Positions 55,058 to 64,000 of a stretch of 64,000 nt of DNA are shown in pieces. How positions within the stretch are numbered: the first letter of the stretch is position 1; every line of letters begins with the position of its first letter. Origin of the DNA: Candidatus Gastranaerophilales bacterium. Lineage in GTDB: Bacteria; Cyanobacteriota; Vampirovibrionia; Gastranaerophilales; Gastranaerophilaceae. The DNA lies in contig JAWXUD010000003.1 of the NCBI GenBank assembly GCA_044432945.1, forward strand, positions 9,883 to 73,882, given 5' to 3'. The position numbers were made by a program, and so were the translations under genes. The notes under the pieces are model-generated. The model was not told the origin of the DNA. It did no database searches and worked only from the letters and a program-made list of their open reading frames with translations.

Positions 55058-55375
55058 ATGGCTAGCACAAAAAGACAACGTATCAGAGTTTGTTTGAAAG
55101 CATATGATCATAAATTGATTGATGTATCGTCAGACAAAATCGTAGAAACAGCAAAAAGAACAGACGCTAAAGTAGCAGGCCCTATTCCTTTGCCTACGAA
55201 AAGACGTATATATTGCGTATTGAGATCTCCCCACGTAGACAAAAAATCTCGTGAGCATTTTGAAATGAGAACTCACAAACGTATTATTGATATATACGAA
55301 CCAACTCAACAGACAACTGAAGAGTTGAGCAGATTAGATCTACCAGCTGGTGTAGATATCGAAGTTAAATTATAG
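55058..55375 (+). CDS. rpsJ: 30S ribosomal protein S10
   Basis: [15 protein letters not shown]...GPIPLPT...[19 protein letters not shown]. Confidence 0.95.
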   Translation: MASTKRQRIRVCLKAYDHKLIDVSSDKIVETAKRTDAKVAGPIPLPTKRRIYCVLRSPHVDKKSREHFEMRTHKRIIDIYEPTQQTTEELSRLDLPAGVDIEVKL

Positions 55376-55573
55376 ACTTCAGTGAAAACTAAATAAAGCA
55401 TTATGCATATAATGTGAACTGCGACTTCTCGAGCAATCGAGATGTGAGGTGAAAGTCCTTAAATAGGTAAAGTAGAAAAGCAAGCAAACGTAGCGCTCGC
55501 AAGAGAAAATGCAAACCCGAAATCAGAGGTGGAATATGTCCACACCAAGTAGGGCGAGCTAGAAAGGTAGAAT

Positions 55574-56209
55574 ATGACACTAGGTGTAATAGGAAAAAAA
55601 TTAGGAATGACACAAGTTTTTGATGAACAAGGCTTGGCAATCCCTGTAACAGTAATCAAAGTTGATCCAATTGTAGTTACTCAAGTAAAAACAGTTGCAA
55701 AAGATGGTTACAATGCAATTCAAGTAGGTACAGTAGCTGCGAAAGAAAAACATCTTACAAAAGCTCAAATGGGACACTTCAAGAAAAATTCTCTTGAAAA
55801 CTTCCGTCACTTACAAGAGTTCAGAGTAGAAAATCCAGAAGCTTACACAGTTGGCGACAAAGTAGAATTATCAATTCTAGATAACGTTGAAAAAGTTGAC
55901 GTAACTGGTAAATCAATTGGTAAAGGTTTCCAAGGTACAGTAAAACGTTGGAACTTTTCAAGAGGACCAATGGCTCACGGTTCTAAAAACCACAGAGCTC
56001 CAGGTTCAATCGGTGCTGGTACAACACCAAGCCGAGTTATCAAAGGTAAAAGAATGGCTGGAAACATGGGTAACGAAAGAGTTACTATTTCTAAACTAAA
56101 ATTAGTTAAAGTAGATGCTGAAAAAAGTTTAGTATTAGTAAAAGGCTCAGTTCCTGGTTGTGAAGGCAGATTAGTTACAATTGTTCCTACAAGAACAAAA
56201 TGGAACTAA
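55574..56209 (+). CDS. rplC: 50S ribosomal protein L3
   Basis: GVIGKKLGMTQVFDEQG...GKGFQGTVKRWNF. Confidence 0.95.
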   Translation: MTLGVIGKKLGMTQVFDEQGLAIPVTVIKVDPIVVTQVKTVAKDGYNAIQVGTVAAKEKHLTKAQMGHFKKNSLENFRHLQEFRVENPEAYTVGDKVELSILDNVEKVDVTGKSIGKGFQGTVKRWNFSRGPMAHGSKNHRAPGSIGAGTTPSRVIKGKRMAGNMGNERVTISKLKLVKVDAEKSLVLVKGSVPGCEGRLVTIVPTRTKWN

Positions 56210-56381
56210 AAGCGGCAGTCGGTGTAAATCTGGAGTTGGCTAGCGAGAGCAAGACAAGCAGGGATTTGCATAACGATAGCTAAACAGCTAGACAAATTGA
56301 GCAAAAACGCTCCTGACTTGCCAAATAAAGCAGTATGCAAGGGGTAAGCAGTAAAAGTTAAGTAAAAGGAAAAACAAAGAA

Positions 56382-57008
56382 ATGTCAAAAGAAATATTAA
56401 GTACAAATGGTGAAAAACTTGGTGAAATCGCTTTAGAACAAACAGTTTTCGGCGTAGAACCAAATATTCACGTAATGCATTTAGCATTAAGAAGACAATT
56501 AAACAATGCTCGTCAAGGTTCAGCTTGTGCTAAAACTAGAGCAGAAGTTGCTGGTGGTGGTCGTAAGCCTTGGAAACAAAAAGGTACTGGCCGTGCTAGA
56601 GCAGGTTCAATCCGTTCACCTTTATTCGCAGGTGGTGGTGTAATCTTTGGACCAAAACCAAGAAGCTATGCCTTCAATATGCCACAAAAAGCTAGACAAT
56701 TAGCTCTTAAATCAGCGTTGTCTGCAAGAAGTGAACAATTAATTGTTGTTAAAGATTTTTCAACAATTGTTGAACCAAAAACTAAATTGATGGTAAGTGC
56801 ATTAAAATCGCTTAACGTCACTGGTAAAGTTTTAATTATCGCTGATGTAAAAGCTGCTGAAAATAAATTTTTAGAATTAGCTGCTAGAAACATTCCAAGC
56901 GTTAGAATTATTTTACCATCTAACTTAAACGTAAAAGATATACTTGAAGCTGATTTCGTAGTAGTTACAGAATCTGCTGTAAACAACATAACTGAAAGGT
57001 TGCAATAA
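56382..57008 (+). CDS. rplD: 50S ribosomal protein L4
   Basis: GGGRKPWKQKGTGRARAGSIRSPLF. Confidence 0.95.
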   Translation: MSKEILSTNGEKLGEIALEQTVFGVEPNIHVMHLALRRQLNNARQGSACAKTRAEVAGGGRKPWKQKGTGRARAGSIRSPLFAGGGVIFGPKPRSYAFNMPQKARQLALKSALSARSEQLIVVKDFSTIVEPKTKLMVSALKSLNVTGKVLIIADVKAAENKFLELAARNIPSVRIILPSNLNVKDILEADFVVVTESAVNNITERLQ

Positions 57009-57316
57009 TGAGTAAAGATAGAACAAATATTGAAAAGTTATTCGATACAATCAAAAAACCTTTGATTACTGAAAAATCAGTAGGTGCATTCGCACTTGGT
57101 CAATACACTTTTGAAGTTGCTAAAACTGCAACTAAAATTGAAATAGCTCAAGCTATTGAACTAGCTTTTCCAGGAAGAAAAGTTACAAAAGTAAGAACAG
57201 TTTATATGCCATCACATGAAAAAAGAATGGGTTATAAATTCGGAAGAACAGATTCTTCTAAAAAAGCAATCGTAACAATCGAAGGCGATCCAATTGAAGA
57301 ATTAGTAGGAATTTAG
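57008..57316 (+). CDS. rplW: 50S ribosomal protein L23
   Basis: IKKPLITEKS...FEVAKTATKIEI. Overlaps the rplD stop. Confidence 0.9.
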   Translation: MSKDRTNIEKLFDTIKKPLITEKSVGAFALGQYTFEVAKTATKIEIAQAIELAFPGRKVTKVRTVYMPSHEKRMGYKFGRTDSSKKAIVTIEGDPIEELVGI

Positions 57317-57394
57317 TCAAATAAATTCCATCGTAGGGCGTAAGGCATATGTCCTAAAAAAGATACAAAGCCAAGTTAAGGAGAAAAAAACAAA

Positions 57395-58228
57395 ATGGCA
57401 ATCAGAAAAATAAATCCAACATCTCCAGGTCAAAGAGGAATGACAAAAAGTGATTATCAAGAAATCACAACTTCTACTCCTGAGAAATCGTTGTTAAAAC
57501 CATTAAAAAAGACAGCAGGTCGTAATAACACTGGTCGTATTACATGTCGTCACAAAGGTGGCGGTGTTAAGCGTGCTTACCGTGTAATCGATTTCAAACG
57601 TGAAAAATTCGGCGTACCTGCAACAGTAAAAACTATTGAATACGATCCAAACAGAAACGTAAGAATTTCATTATGTTTCTATGCAGATGGTGAAAAAAGA
57701 TATATCTTAACACCAGAAGGTTTGAACGTAGATGACGTAATCGTAAGTGGACCTGAAGCACCAATTCAAACTGGTAACGCACTTCCACTAGAATTAATCC
57801 CGTTAGGTACAATTGTTCACAACATCGAATTAACACCTGGTCGCGGCGGAATTATGGTAAGAGCGGCAGGAAACGCAGCTCAAGTAATGGCTAAAGAAGG
57901 TAACTACGTAACAATCAAATTACCATCATCAGAGATGAGAATGGTAAGAAAAGAATGTATGGCTACAATTGGTACATTAGGTAACGCAGAATTCAAAAAC
58001 TTATCTTGGGGTAAAGCAGGAAGAAAACGTTATTTAGGTATTAAACCGACAGTGCGTGGTGTTACGATGAACCCTTGTGATCACCCTCACGGTGGTGGTG
58101 AAGGTAAAACTGGTCCTGGTGGACACCCAAAAACACCTTGGGGTAAACCGGCTCTTGGTTATAAAACTCGTAAAAAAGGCAAAGCTTCTGACAAATACAT
58201 TGTAAGAAGAAGAAAAAAATCAAGATAA
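57395..58228 (+). CDS. rplB: 50S ribosomal protein L2
   Basis: [24 protein letters not shown]. Confidence 0.95.
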   Translation: MAIRKINPTSPGQRGMTKSDYQEITTSTPEKSLLKPLKKTAGRNNTGRITCRHKGGGVKRAYRVIDFKREKFGVPATVKTIEYDPNRNVRISLCFYADGEKRYILTPEGLNVDDVIVSGPEAPIQTGNALPLELIPLGTIVHNIELTPGRGGIMVRAAGNAAQVMAKEGNYVTIKLPSSEMRMVRKECMATIGTLGNAEFKNLSWGKAGRKRYLGIKPTVRGVTMNPCDHPHGGGEGKTGPGGHPKTPWGKPALGYKTRKKGKASDKYIVRRRKKSR

Positions 58229-58298
58229 TTTGATTTTGTGCAAAATACGAAAAATAGCCAAAGATTAAACACAAACAAAATTAAAGGAGAATAAATTA

Positions 58299-58577
58299 AT
58301 GGCACGTTCATTAAAAAAAGGTCCATACGTAGAAGAAGCTCTACAGAAAAAAATTGACAAAATGAATGCAAATTCAGAACATAAAGTAATAAAAACTTGG
58401 TCACGTGCATCAATGATTACGCCAACAATGCTTAATCACACGATTGCAGTACACAACGGAAAAACTCATGTTCCAGTTTATGTTTCAGAGCAAATGATTG
58501 GACACAAATTAGGTGAGTTTGCACCTACAAGAATGTACAAAGGTCACGCAGCAGATAAAACCGCTAAGCGTAAGTAA
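58299..58577 (+). CDS. rpsS: 30S ribosomal protein S19
   Basis: [10 protein letters not shown]...[11 protein letters not shown]...[11 protein letters not shown]. Confidence 0.95.
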   Translation: MARSLKKGPYVEEALQKKIDKMNANSEHKVIKTWSRASMITPTMLNHTIAVHNGKTHVPVYVSEQMIGHKLGEFAPTRMYKGHAADKTAKRK

Positions 58578-58596
58578 GTATAAGGAAAGTAAAAAA

Positions 58597-58938
58597 ATGG
58601 AAGCTAAAGCAAAACAAACAGATATTAAAATGACAGCTAGAAAACTTCGCCGTGTAATCAACGAAGTTAGAGGTAAAAATGTCATCGCTGCTCAAGATAT
58701 GTTACGTTTTATGCCTTATTTTGCAGCAAGAGTGGTTGAACAGAATTTGAAAGCTGCTGTTGCTAATGCACAGGAAAAATATGGTGTAAGTGCTGAATCT
58801 TTAAAGATTTCTGAAATCTTTGCAGATGAAAGCCAAACATACAAAAGAGCAAGAACAAGAGCGCAAGGTCGTATGTATACAAGACTGAAACGCACTTCTC
58901 ATTTGACATTAAAAGTTAGCGATATTGCTAAAAAGTAG
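58597..58938 (+). CDS. rplV: 50S ribosomal protein L22
   Basis: MEAKAKQTDIKMTARKLRRVINEVRGK. Start chosen after the rpsS stop; the ORF-track start at 58513 overlaps rpsS. Confidence 0.9.
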   Translation: MEAKAKQTDIKMTARKLRRVINEVRGKNVIAAQDMLRFMPYFAARVVEQNLKAAVANAQEKYGVSAESLKISEIFADESQTYKRARTRAQGRMYTRLKRTSHLTLKVSDIAKK

Positions 58939-58963
58939 TAGAAAAAACAGAAGGTAAATAAAA

Positions 58964-59695
58964 ATGGGACAAAAAACACATCCAACAGGATTCAGAGTAG
59001 GCATAATTCAACCTTGGGCAAGCACATGGTTTGCAAAAGTAAAAGATTATGGCGTATTCGTTGCAGAAGATGCAAAAATTAGAAAATTCATTAAGAAAAA
59101 ACTTTATACCGCTGGTATTTCTAAGATTTTAATCGCTAGAAAATCTGCTAGCACAACAGTAACTGTTGTAACAGCAAAACCAGGTATTGTAGTTGGTCGT
59201 GGTGGTCAAGGTATTGAAGATCTTAAAAAAGAAGTTTCAAAATTTGTTGGCAAACAAATCATTATCAACGTTGTAGAAGTTGCAAAAATTGATGCTGATG
59301 CTCAATTAGTTGCTGAGTCAATTGCTCAACAATTAGAAAAACGTGTAGCATTCAGACGTGCAATGAAGCAATCAATGCAAAGAACAATGAGAGCTGGAGC
59401 TCAAGGTATCAAAGTTATGGTATCAGGTCGTTTAGGTGGCGCTGAAATCGCTCGTTCTGAGTGGGCAAAAGAAGGAAGAATCCCTCTTCAAACATTAAGA
59501 GCAGATGTCGATTACGGTCAAACTGAAGCAGATACAATGATGGGTAAAATTGGTGTAAAAGTTTGGGTATTCAAAGGTGATTTAATGCCTGGTGAAAAAG
59601 CAGACCAAAACATCAAAGCAAGAAGCGATAAAGGTAATTCAAACGATAAAGGTATGAGACGCCCAAAACGCAAAGCGATTGAAACAGCTGAATAG
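58964..59695 (+). CDS. rpsC: 30S ribosomal protein S3
   Basis: [13 protein letters not shown] domain, [13 protein letters not shown]. Confidence 0.95.
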   Translation: MGQKTHPTGFRVGIIQPWASTWFAKVKDYGVFVAEDAKIRKFIKKKLYTAGISKILIARKSASTTVTVVTAKPGIVVGRGGQGIEDLKKEVSKFVGKQIIINVVEVAKIDADAQLVAESIAQQLEKRVAFRRAMKQSMQRTMRAGAQGIKVMVSGRLGGAEIARSEWAKEGRIPLQTLRADVDYGQTEADTMMGKIGVKVWVFKGDLMPGEKADQNIKARSDKGNSNDKGMRRPKRKAIETAE

Positions 59696-59752
59696 TTGTT
59701 CAGTTGATTAAAACAAACTGGTATAAATTAAAATTAATAAAGGAACAATAAA

Positions 59753-60178
59753 ATGTTACAACCTAAAAAAACAAAATACCGCAAAATGATGAAAGGCAAC
59801 ATGAAAGGCCATGAAACAAGAGGAACAAAACTTGAGTTTGGTAGCTATGCATTGCAAGCCTTTGAACCTGGTTGGATTACCAGCCGTCAAATCGAGGCTG
59901 CACGTCGTGCTATGACTCGTGAAATCAAACGTGGCGGTAACGTTTGGATTAAAATCTTCCCTGATAAACCAATTACAGCAAAACCAGCTGAAACTCGTAT
60001 GGGTTCTGGTAAAGGTAATTTGGAATACTGGGTTGCAGTTGTTAAACCAAAAAGAATTCTTTTTGAACTTGAATATTTTGATAGAGATACTGCGGTTAGA
60101 GCGTTAGAATTAGCTGCACAAAAGTTACCTATTAAAGTTAAGATTGTTGAAAAAGCAAACTTAGAACAAAGTAAGTAA
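59753..60178 (+). CDS. rplP: 50S ribosomal protein L16
   Basis: [11 protein letters not shown]...[18 protein letters not shown]. Confidence 0.95.
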   Translation: MLQPKKTKYRKMMKGNMKGHETRGTKLEFGSYALQAFEPGWITSRQIEAARRAMTREIKRGGNVWIKIFPDKPITAKPAETRMGSGKGNLEYWVAVVKPKRILFELEYFDRDTAVRALELAAQKLPIKVKIVEKANLEQSK

Positions 60179-60190
60179 GGAAACAATAAA

Positions 60191-60388
60191 ATGAAATTAA
60201 TTGAAATGCGTGAAAAAACAGTCGATGAGCTTCAATTAGCAATTGTGGATTGGAAAAAAGATTTGTTTAAATACAAATTACAACACTCAACTCACAAATT
60301 AGAAAACACAGCGTTGATTTCTAGAACAAAAGCTATGATCGCTCAAGCAAAAACTGTAATTAAGGAAAAAGAGGTACAACATGCCTAA
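60191..60388 (+). CDS. rpmC: 50S ribosomal protein L29
   Basis: 65 aa, [10 protein letters not shown]-type helix. Expected position. Confidence 0.85.
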   Translation: MKLIEMREKTVDELQLAIVDWKKDLFKYKLQHSTHKLENTALISRTKAMIAQAKTVIKEKEVQHA

Positions 60389-60626
60389 AAAAGAAAAACA
60401 AGGTGTAGTAGTTAGTAGCAAAATGGACAAAACAATTGTTGTAAAAGTTGCTGAGTACAATCCACATCCAAAATACAAAAAAATTATTGAAACAAATAAA
60501 AACTACAAAGCTCATGATGAGCAAAATGTTTGTAATGAAGGTGATAAAGTTAGAATTATTGAATCTAGACCTATTTCAGGCGACAAACGTTGGAACTTAT
60601 CAGAAGTAGTAGAAAAAGCTAAATAG
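60381..60626 (+). CDS. rpsQ: 30S ribosomal protein S17
   Basis: [16 protein letters not shown]...HPKYKK...YKAHDE...[13 protein letters not shown]. Confidence 0.95.
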   Translation: MPKKEKQGVVVSSKMDKTIVVKVAEYNPHPKYKKIIETNKNYKAHDEQNVCNEGDKVRIIESRPISGDKRWNLSEVVEKAK

Positions 60627-60792
60627 TGGATTTTGCGTTGAGTGAGCGAAGCGAAACTCGATAAAACACCGAAAAATGAATGATTTTAGGTGTAGGGCAA
60701 TAATTCAAGACAAACCAATAAAATGCAACATTACCTATAGAGTAATGAGAGGCTAAAGTAAAACATTCTTTAAAAGATAAAGGAACAGAAAA

Positions 60793-61161
60793 ATGATACA
60801 ACAAGAATCAAGACTAGAAGTAGCAGATAATACTGGAGCAAAAGAAATTTTGTGTATCCGTGTAATGGGTAGCTCAAACAAAAAATTTGCGTCAGTAGGC
60901 GATGAAATCGTTGCTACAGTTAAACATGCAAGTCCAAATATGGGTGTTAAAAAATCGGAAGTTGTTAAAGCTGTTGTTGTAAGAACTAAAGCGGATATCA
61001 AACGTAATGACGGTTCAGTTATTAGATTTGATGAGAATGCTGCAGTAATTATTAACAAAGATGGCAACCCTAGAGGAACTCGTGTTTTCGGACCTGTTGC
61101 CCGTGAATTAAGAGAAAAAGGTTATATGAAAATCGTTTCTCTTGCTCCGGAAGTTATATAA
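60793..61161 (+). CDS. rplN: 50S ribosomal protein L14
   Basis: [18 protein letters not shown]...IRFDENA. Confidence 0.95.
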   Translation: MIQQESRLEVADNTGAKEILCIRVMGSSNKKFASVGDEIVATVKHASPNMGVKKSEVVKAVVVRTKADIKRNDGSVIRFDENAAVIINKDGNPRGTRVFGPVARELREKGYMKIVSLAPEVI

Positions 61162-61297
61162 TAGCAAGCGTAGTGAGTAAGACTTGTTTAATATAAGTTG
61201 AACCTCATTTTACGTAAGCGAAGCAAGAAGCAAGACACAAAAAAAACATGTAATAGACCATAATTGGTCAGACCATGATAAACGCTTTTTAAAAGCA

Positions 61298-61645
61298 ATG
61301 GAGAAAAAAATGACAGACAAAAATAAACAATTACACGTCAAAACTGGTGATAAAGTTATGGTTATCGCTGGTAAAGACAAAGGTAAAACTGGAAACGTAA
61401 AAAAAGCTAATCCTACAAAAGGAAAAGTTATCGTTGAAGGAGCAAACATGGTTACTAAAGCACAAAAAGCTCAACCAGCTGCTGGAATTCAAGGTGGATT
61501 CGTTAAATTCGAAGCTCCTCTTGAGGTTTCTAATGTAATGGTAGTATGCCCTGCTTGCGAAAAACCGACAAGGATCAAACACGATGTTGTCGCTGACAAA
61601 AAAGTACGTGTTTGTAAAAAATGTGGTGAACAACTAGATGCATAA
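61298..61645 (+). CDS. rplX: 50S ribosomal protein L24 (Cys4 variant)
   Basis: HVKTGDKVMVIAGKDKGKTG KOW motif. C-terminal CPACEKPTRI...RVCKKCGE. The start may be the ATG at 61310. Confidence 0.9.
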   Translation: MEKKMTDKNKQLHVKTGDKVMVIAGKDKGKTGNVKKANPTKGKVIVEGANMVTKAQKAQPAAGIQGGFVKFEAPLEVSNVMVVCPACEKPTRIKHDVVADKKVRVCKKCGEQLDA

Positions 61646-61696
61646 TATTTTCGTGGTAAAATATTGTAATATCTAAATAATTAAGGAATACGAAAA

Positions 61697-62254
61697 ATGA
61701 CAAAAACAATTAGTTTAAAAGAAAAATATCAAACAGAAATCAAACAAGCAATGAAAGAAAAGTTTGGTTATACTAACGACCATCAAATTCCAAAACTACA
61801 CAAAATAGTTTTGAACATGGGTGTTGGTGAAGCTTGTCACAACTCAAAAATAGCTGAAGTTATTGAAGGTCAATTGACAAAAATAGCTGGTCAAAAATGT
61901 GTTGTTACAAAAGCTAAAAAATCAATCGCTTCTTACAAATTGAGAGAAGGAATGCCGGTAGGTGCTATGGTTACTTTGCGTGGCGATAGAATGTATGATT
62001 TCTTACAAAAGCTTAACTGTGCAGTTCTTCCACGTATCCGTGACTTCCGTGGCATTAGCCCAAAAAGTTTCGATGGACGTGGTAACTATACATTAGGTTT
62101 GAAAGAACAATCATTATTCCCTGAAATCACTTATGAAGAAGTTGATTTGGTAAAAGGTATGAACGTTTCTGTAATTACGACTGCTGAAACTGATGATGAA
62201 GCAAGAGAATTATTGAGATTATGTGGAATGCCTTTCAAAGGAATGAACAAATAA
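61697..62254 (+). CDS. rplE: 50S ribosomal protein L5
   Basis: NMGVGEA...[12 protein letters not shown]...[10 protein letters not shown]. Confidence 0.95.
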   Translation: MTKTISLKEKYQTEIKQAMKEKFGYTNDHQIPKLHKIVLNMGVGEACHNSKIAEVIEGQLTKIAGQKCVVTKAKKSIASYKLREGMPVGAMVTLRGDRMYDFLQKLNCAVLPRIRDFRGISPKSFDGRGNYTLGLKEQSLFPEITYEEVDLVKGMNVSVITTAETDDEARELLRLCGMPFKGMNK

Positions 62255-62310
62255 GTTTTATAAACGTCTAGTTTATAAGTACAAAACGTAAAACGAAAAA
62301 GGAGAATTTC

Positions 62311-62517
62311 ATGGCTAAAAAGGCGATGATGGACAAAGAACTAAAAAGAGCAAAATTAGCTGCTGCTGGTAAATATCCAGTTGTTAGACTACACAACAGA
62401 TGTAGTATTTGTGGACGTCCTCACGGATTTCACAGAGATTTTGGTCTTTGCAGAATTTGTTTAAGACAAATGGCACATCGTGGTTTATTACCAGGTGTAA
62501 CTAAAGCTAGTTGGTAA
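62311..62517 (+). CDS. rpsN: 30S ribosomal protein S14, short zinc-binding (type Z) form
   Basis: [38 protein letters not shown]. Confidence 0.9.
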   Translation: MAKKAMMDKELKRAKLAAAGKYPVVRLHNRCSICGRPHGFHRDFGLCRICLRQMAHRGLLPGVTKASW

Positions 62518-62681
62518 TTCAAATAAGTTTATAAGTAGAAATATAAATAGACTTTTTTGACTTGCTAAACTGCTATTGAGTGATATAGGTGAAGAATGAA
62601 TAACTTCAAAATTCAAACCGTATCAAAAATTGTAAGTAGCGTCGATAGTTATATCGACATAAGTTAAAAAGGAAAACGCAA

Positions 62682-63077
62682 ATGTATACAGATCCTATAG
62701 CAGATATGCTAACAAGAATTAGAAACGCAAGTATGGTTTCTCACGTATCAGTTGAAATGCCATCTTCTAAATTAAAAGTTGAGTTAGCTAAACTTTTAAA
62801 ATCAGAAGGTTTCATAACTGAATATAGCGAAAAAGAAGTTGGAAAATTTAAAGTTTTAGAAATCACTTTGAAATATGATGAAAAAAATAAGCCAGTTATT
62901 TCTAAATTAAAAAGAGTTTCAACACCAGGTTTGAGAACTTACAGTAAAGCAAAAAATATCGCTCCAGTTTTGGGTGGTATGGGTATCGCTATTATTTCAA
63001 CAAGCAAAGGTCTTTTAACTGACCGTAAAGCTCGTAAAGAAAATATTGGTGGCGAAATTCTTTGCTACGTATATTAA
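62682..63077 (+). CDS. rpsH: 30S ribosomal protein S8
   Basis: DPIADMLTRIRNA...GGEILCYVY. Confidence 0.95.
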   Translation: MYTDPIADMLTRIRNASMVSHVSVEMPSSKLKVELAKLLKSEGFITEYSEKEVGKFKVLEITLKYDEKNKPVISKLKRVSTPGLRTYSKAKNIAPVLGGMGIAIISTSKGLLTDRKARKENIGGEILCYVY

Positions 63078-63085
63078 TAAGAATT

Positions 63086-63116
63086 TAAGTCGAGGATAAA
63101 TCCTCGACTTATTTTA
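63086..63116 (+). terminator. Terminator-like hairpin plus T-tract inside the spc operon (between rpsH and rplF)
   Basis: taagtcgaggat / atcctcgactta (12 complementary positions around aa), followed by tttt. Confidence 0.5.
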
Positions 63117-63180
63117 TAATAATCAAGTGTAATTGGTAGAAAAACTTGATTTTTGTATGAATACCAAAAGGAGAAAAATT

Positions 63181-63720
63181 ATGTCACGTATAGGAAAATT
63201 ACCTATTGAAATTCCTCAAGGAGTTGAAGTAAAAATTGATGGACAAACTATTACAGTTAAAGGATCATTAGGTACTGAATCAGTAACTGTTCGTTCAGAA
63301 GTAACAATGAAAATTGAAGAAAACCAAATCATTTTGACACCAATTAATGAATCAAGACAAGCTGGTGCTTTGCACGGTTTGTTTAGAACATTAGTTGCTA
63401 ACGCTGTATTAGGTGTAAGCAAAGGGTTTGAGAAAAAATTAGAAATCCACGGTGTTGGTTACCGTGCGACTATGGAAGGTACATCGCTTAATTTATTGTT
63501 AGGTTATTCACACAAAGTTTTAGTTACACCTCCAGCAGGAATTACTCTTTCTGTTGAAGCTAACACTAAACTTTCTGTAAAAGGTTCTAACAAACAAACA
63601 GTTGGTGATGTTGCAGCTGAAATTCGTGGAAAACGTCCACCTGAAGTTTACAAAGGTAAAGGGGTTAGATACGAAGGCGAAGTTATCAGACGTAAAGCTG
63701 GTAAAGCTGGTAAAAAATAA
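63181..63720 (+). CDS. rplF: 50S ribosomal protein L6
   Basis: MSRIGKLPIEIPQGVEV...GVGYRA. SD aaaggag. The ORF-track start at 63133 is rejected. Confidence 0.95.
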   Translation: MSRIGKLPIEIPQGVEVKIDGQTITVKGSLGTESVTVRSEVTMKIEENQIILTPINESRQAGALHGLFRTLVANAVLGVSKGFEKKLEIHGVGYRATMEGTSLNLLLGYSHKVLVTPPAGITLSVEANTKLSVKGSNKQTVGDVAAEIRGKRPPEVYKGKGVRYEGEVIRRKAGKAGKK

Positions 63721-63883
63721 CGATAGCAAGCAGAGGCTGTAGCGTTTGTTTAGGCAAATGATTATGCGGTTTGATGCGAGTTATAGAGGAGGTTAAACCT
63801 CTAAATTATGAAACTACATGCCCATATAAACTCTTAAATTGGTTATTTAAGCAGGTTTGGGTAAACGAAAGGAAAATAAAACA

Positions 63884-64000
63884 ATGATTAAACAAGAAAT
63901 TAGAAAACCAAGAGTACAAAAAAGACATCAAACTATCAGATTAAAAGTTTCTGGAACAGCTGAGTTTCCTAGATTAGCAGTTTATAGAAGTACAAAACAT
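63884..64000 (+). CDS. rplR: 50S ribosomal protein L18 (3' end lies outside the window)
   Basis: MIKQEIRKPRVQKRHQTIRLKVSGTAEFPRLAVYRSTKH, translated by hand. SD aaaggaa. Confidence 0.85.
   Translation, partial: MIKQEIRKPRVQKRHQTIRLKVSGTAEFPRLAVYRSTKH

Noticed and set aside
55401-56487. Minus-strand ORFs 55401..55640, 55459..55659 and 56206..56487 lying over the long rpsJ/rplC and rplC/rplD spacers.
   Set aside because: They are antisense to a highly expressed operon, partly overlap rplC and rplD coding sequence, have Leu/Phe-rich shadow-frame composition and show no start signals. However, they are the reason the spacers deserve an explicit coding-potential test.
913-61633. Many 60-110-aa antisense or out-of-frame ORFs in the track (for example 913..1155, 3030..3416, 10351..10686, 12786..13103, 48277..49049, 56666..56989, 59887..60186, 60753..61067, 61331..61633).
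   Set aside because: Each is embedded in a longer ORF with a clear family assignment on the other strand or frame. They have the Leu/Ile/Phe/Ser-rich composition typical of shadow ORFs in AT-rich DNA.
61298-62517. Cys4 motifs in L24 (CPAC...CKKC) and S14 (CSIC...CRIC) as something unusual.
   Set aside because: Zinc-ribbon forms of S14 (type Z) are well known. To my recollection Cys4 L24 also exists in some lineages such as Thermus. This is a lineage marker rather than a novelty.
1-64000. Search for tRNA, rRNA, tmRNA, IS elements, integrases and prophage or defence islands.
   Set aside because: No cloverleaf-like GTTCGAATC-type T-arm contexts, rRNA-like conserved blocks, transposase/integrase motifs (DDE, tyrosine recombinase R-H-R-Y contexts) or nuclease/ATPase defence-type genes were recognised in any intergenic region or ORF. 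Absence is by eye only.

Overview
AT-rich bacterial chromosomal segment, almost fully coding (about 80 genes). Most of it is housekeeping. It carries miaB, an rpoD-type sigma factor, rlmB, nadA, lysC, bioB, ispF, pcrA, nadE, a murC-murB-ddl-ftsQ block, leuS, a PPi-dependent phosphofructokinase and gltX. lpxA and kdsC imply a diderm with LPS. From 55.0 kb to the window end lies the S10/spc ribosomal-protein operon (rpsJ to rplR). Type IV pilus/competence-related genes are scattered: a PilM-PilN-like fusion, a PilO-like gene, ComF and one prepilin-like protein. The content fits a low-GC diderm such as a non-photosynthetic cyanobacterial relative, but I cannot establish taxonomy without a database search. 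I found no rRNA, tRNA, CRISPR array, transposase, integrase or recognisable multi-gene defence island, and no convincing large novel system. The observations worth a second look are these. (1) A GC-rich ~100-nt element has three well-conserved copies (31.6, 32.0 and, inverted, 41.4 kb) and apparently decayed relatives elsewhere. (2) Several spacers inside the ribosomal-protein operon are unusually long (140-200 nt), and a terminator-like hairpin sits between rpsH and rplF. (3) A perfect TTGACA-17-TATAAT promoter at 15.46 kb has no annotated gene; it would give a leaderless 52-codon hydrophobic micro-ORF, divergent from a small RHH protein. (4) A small accessory patch at 30.5-36.3 kb holds a tandem HTH-like pair, tandem repeats, a three-gene HigB/HigA-type module and a calpain-like protease. 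(5) Three orphan proteins share an Asn-rich N-terminal leader. All functional calls rest on motif recognition by eye.
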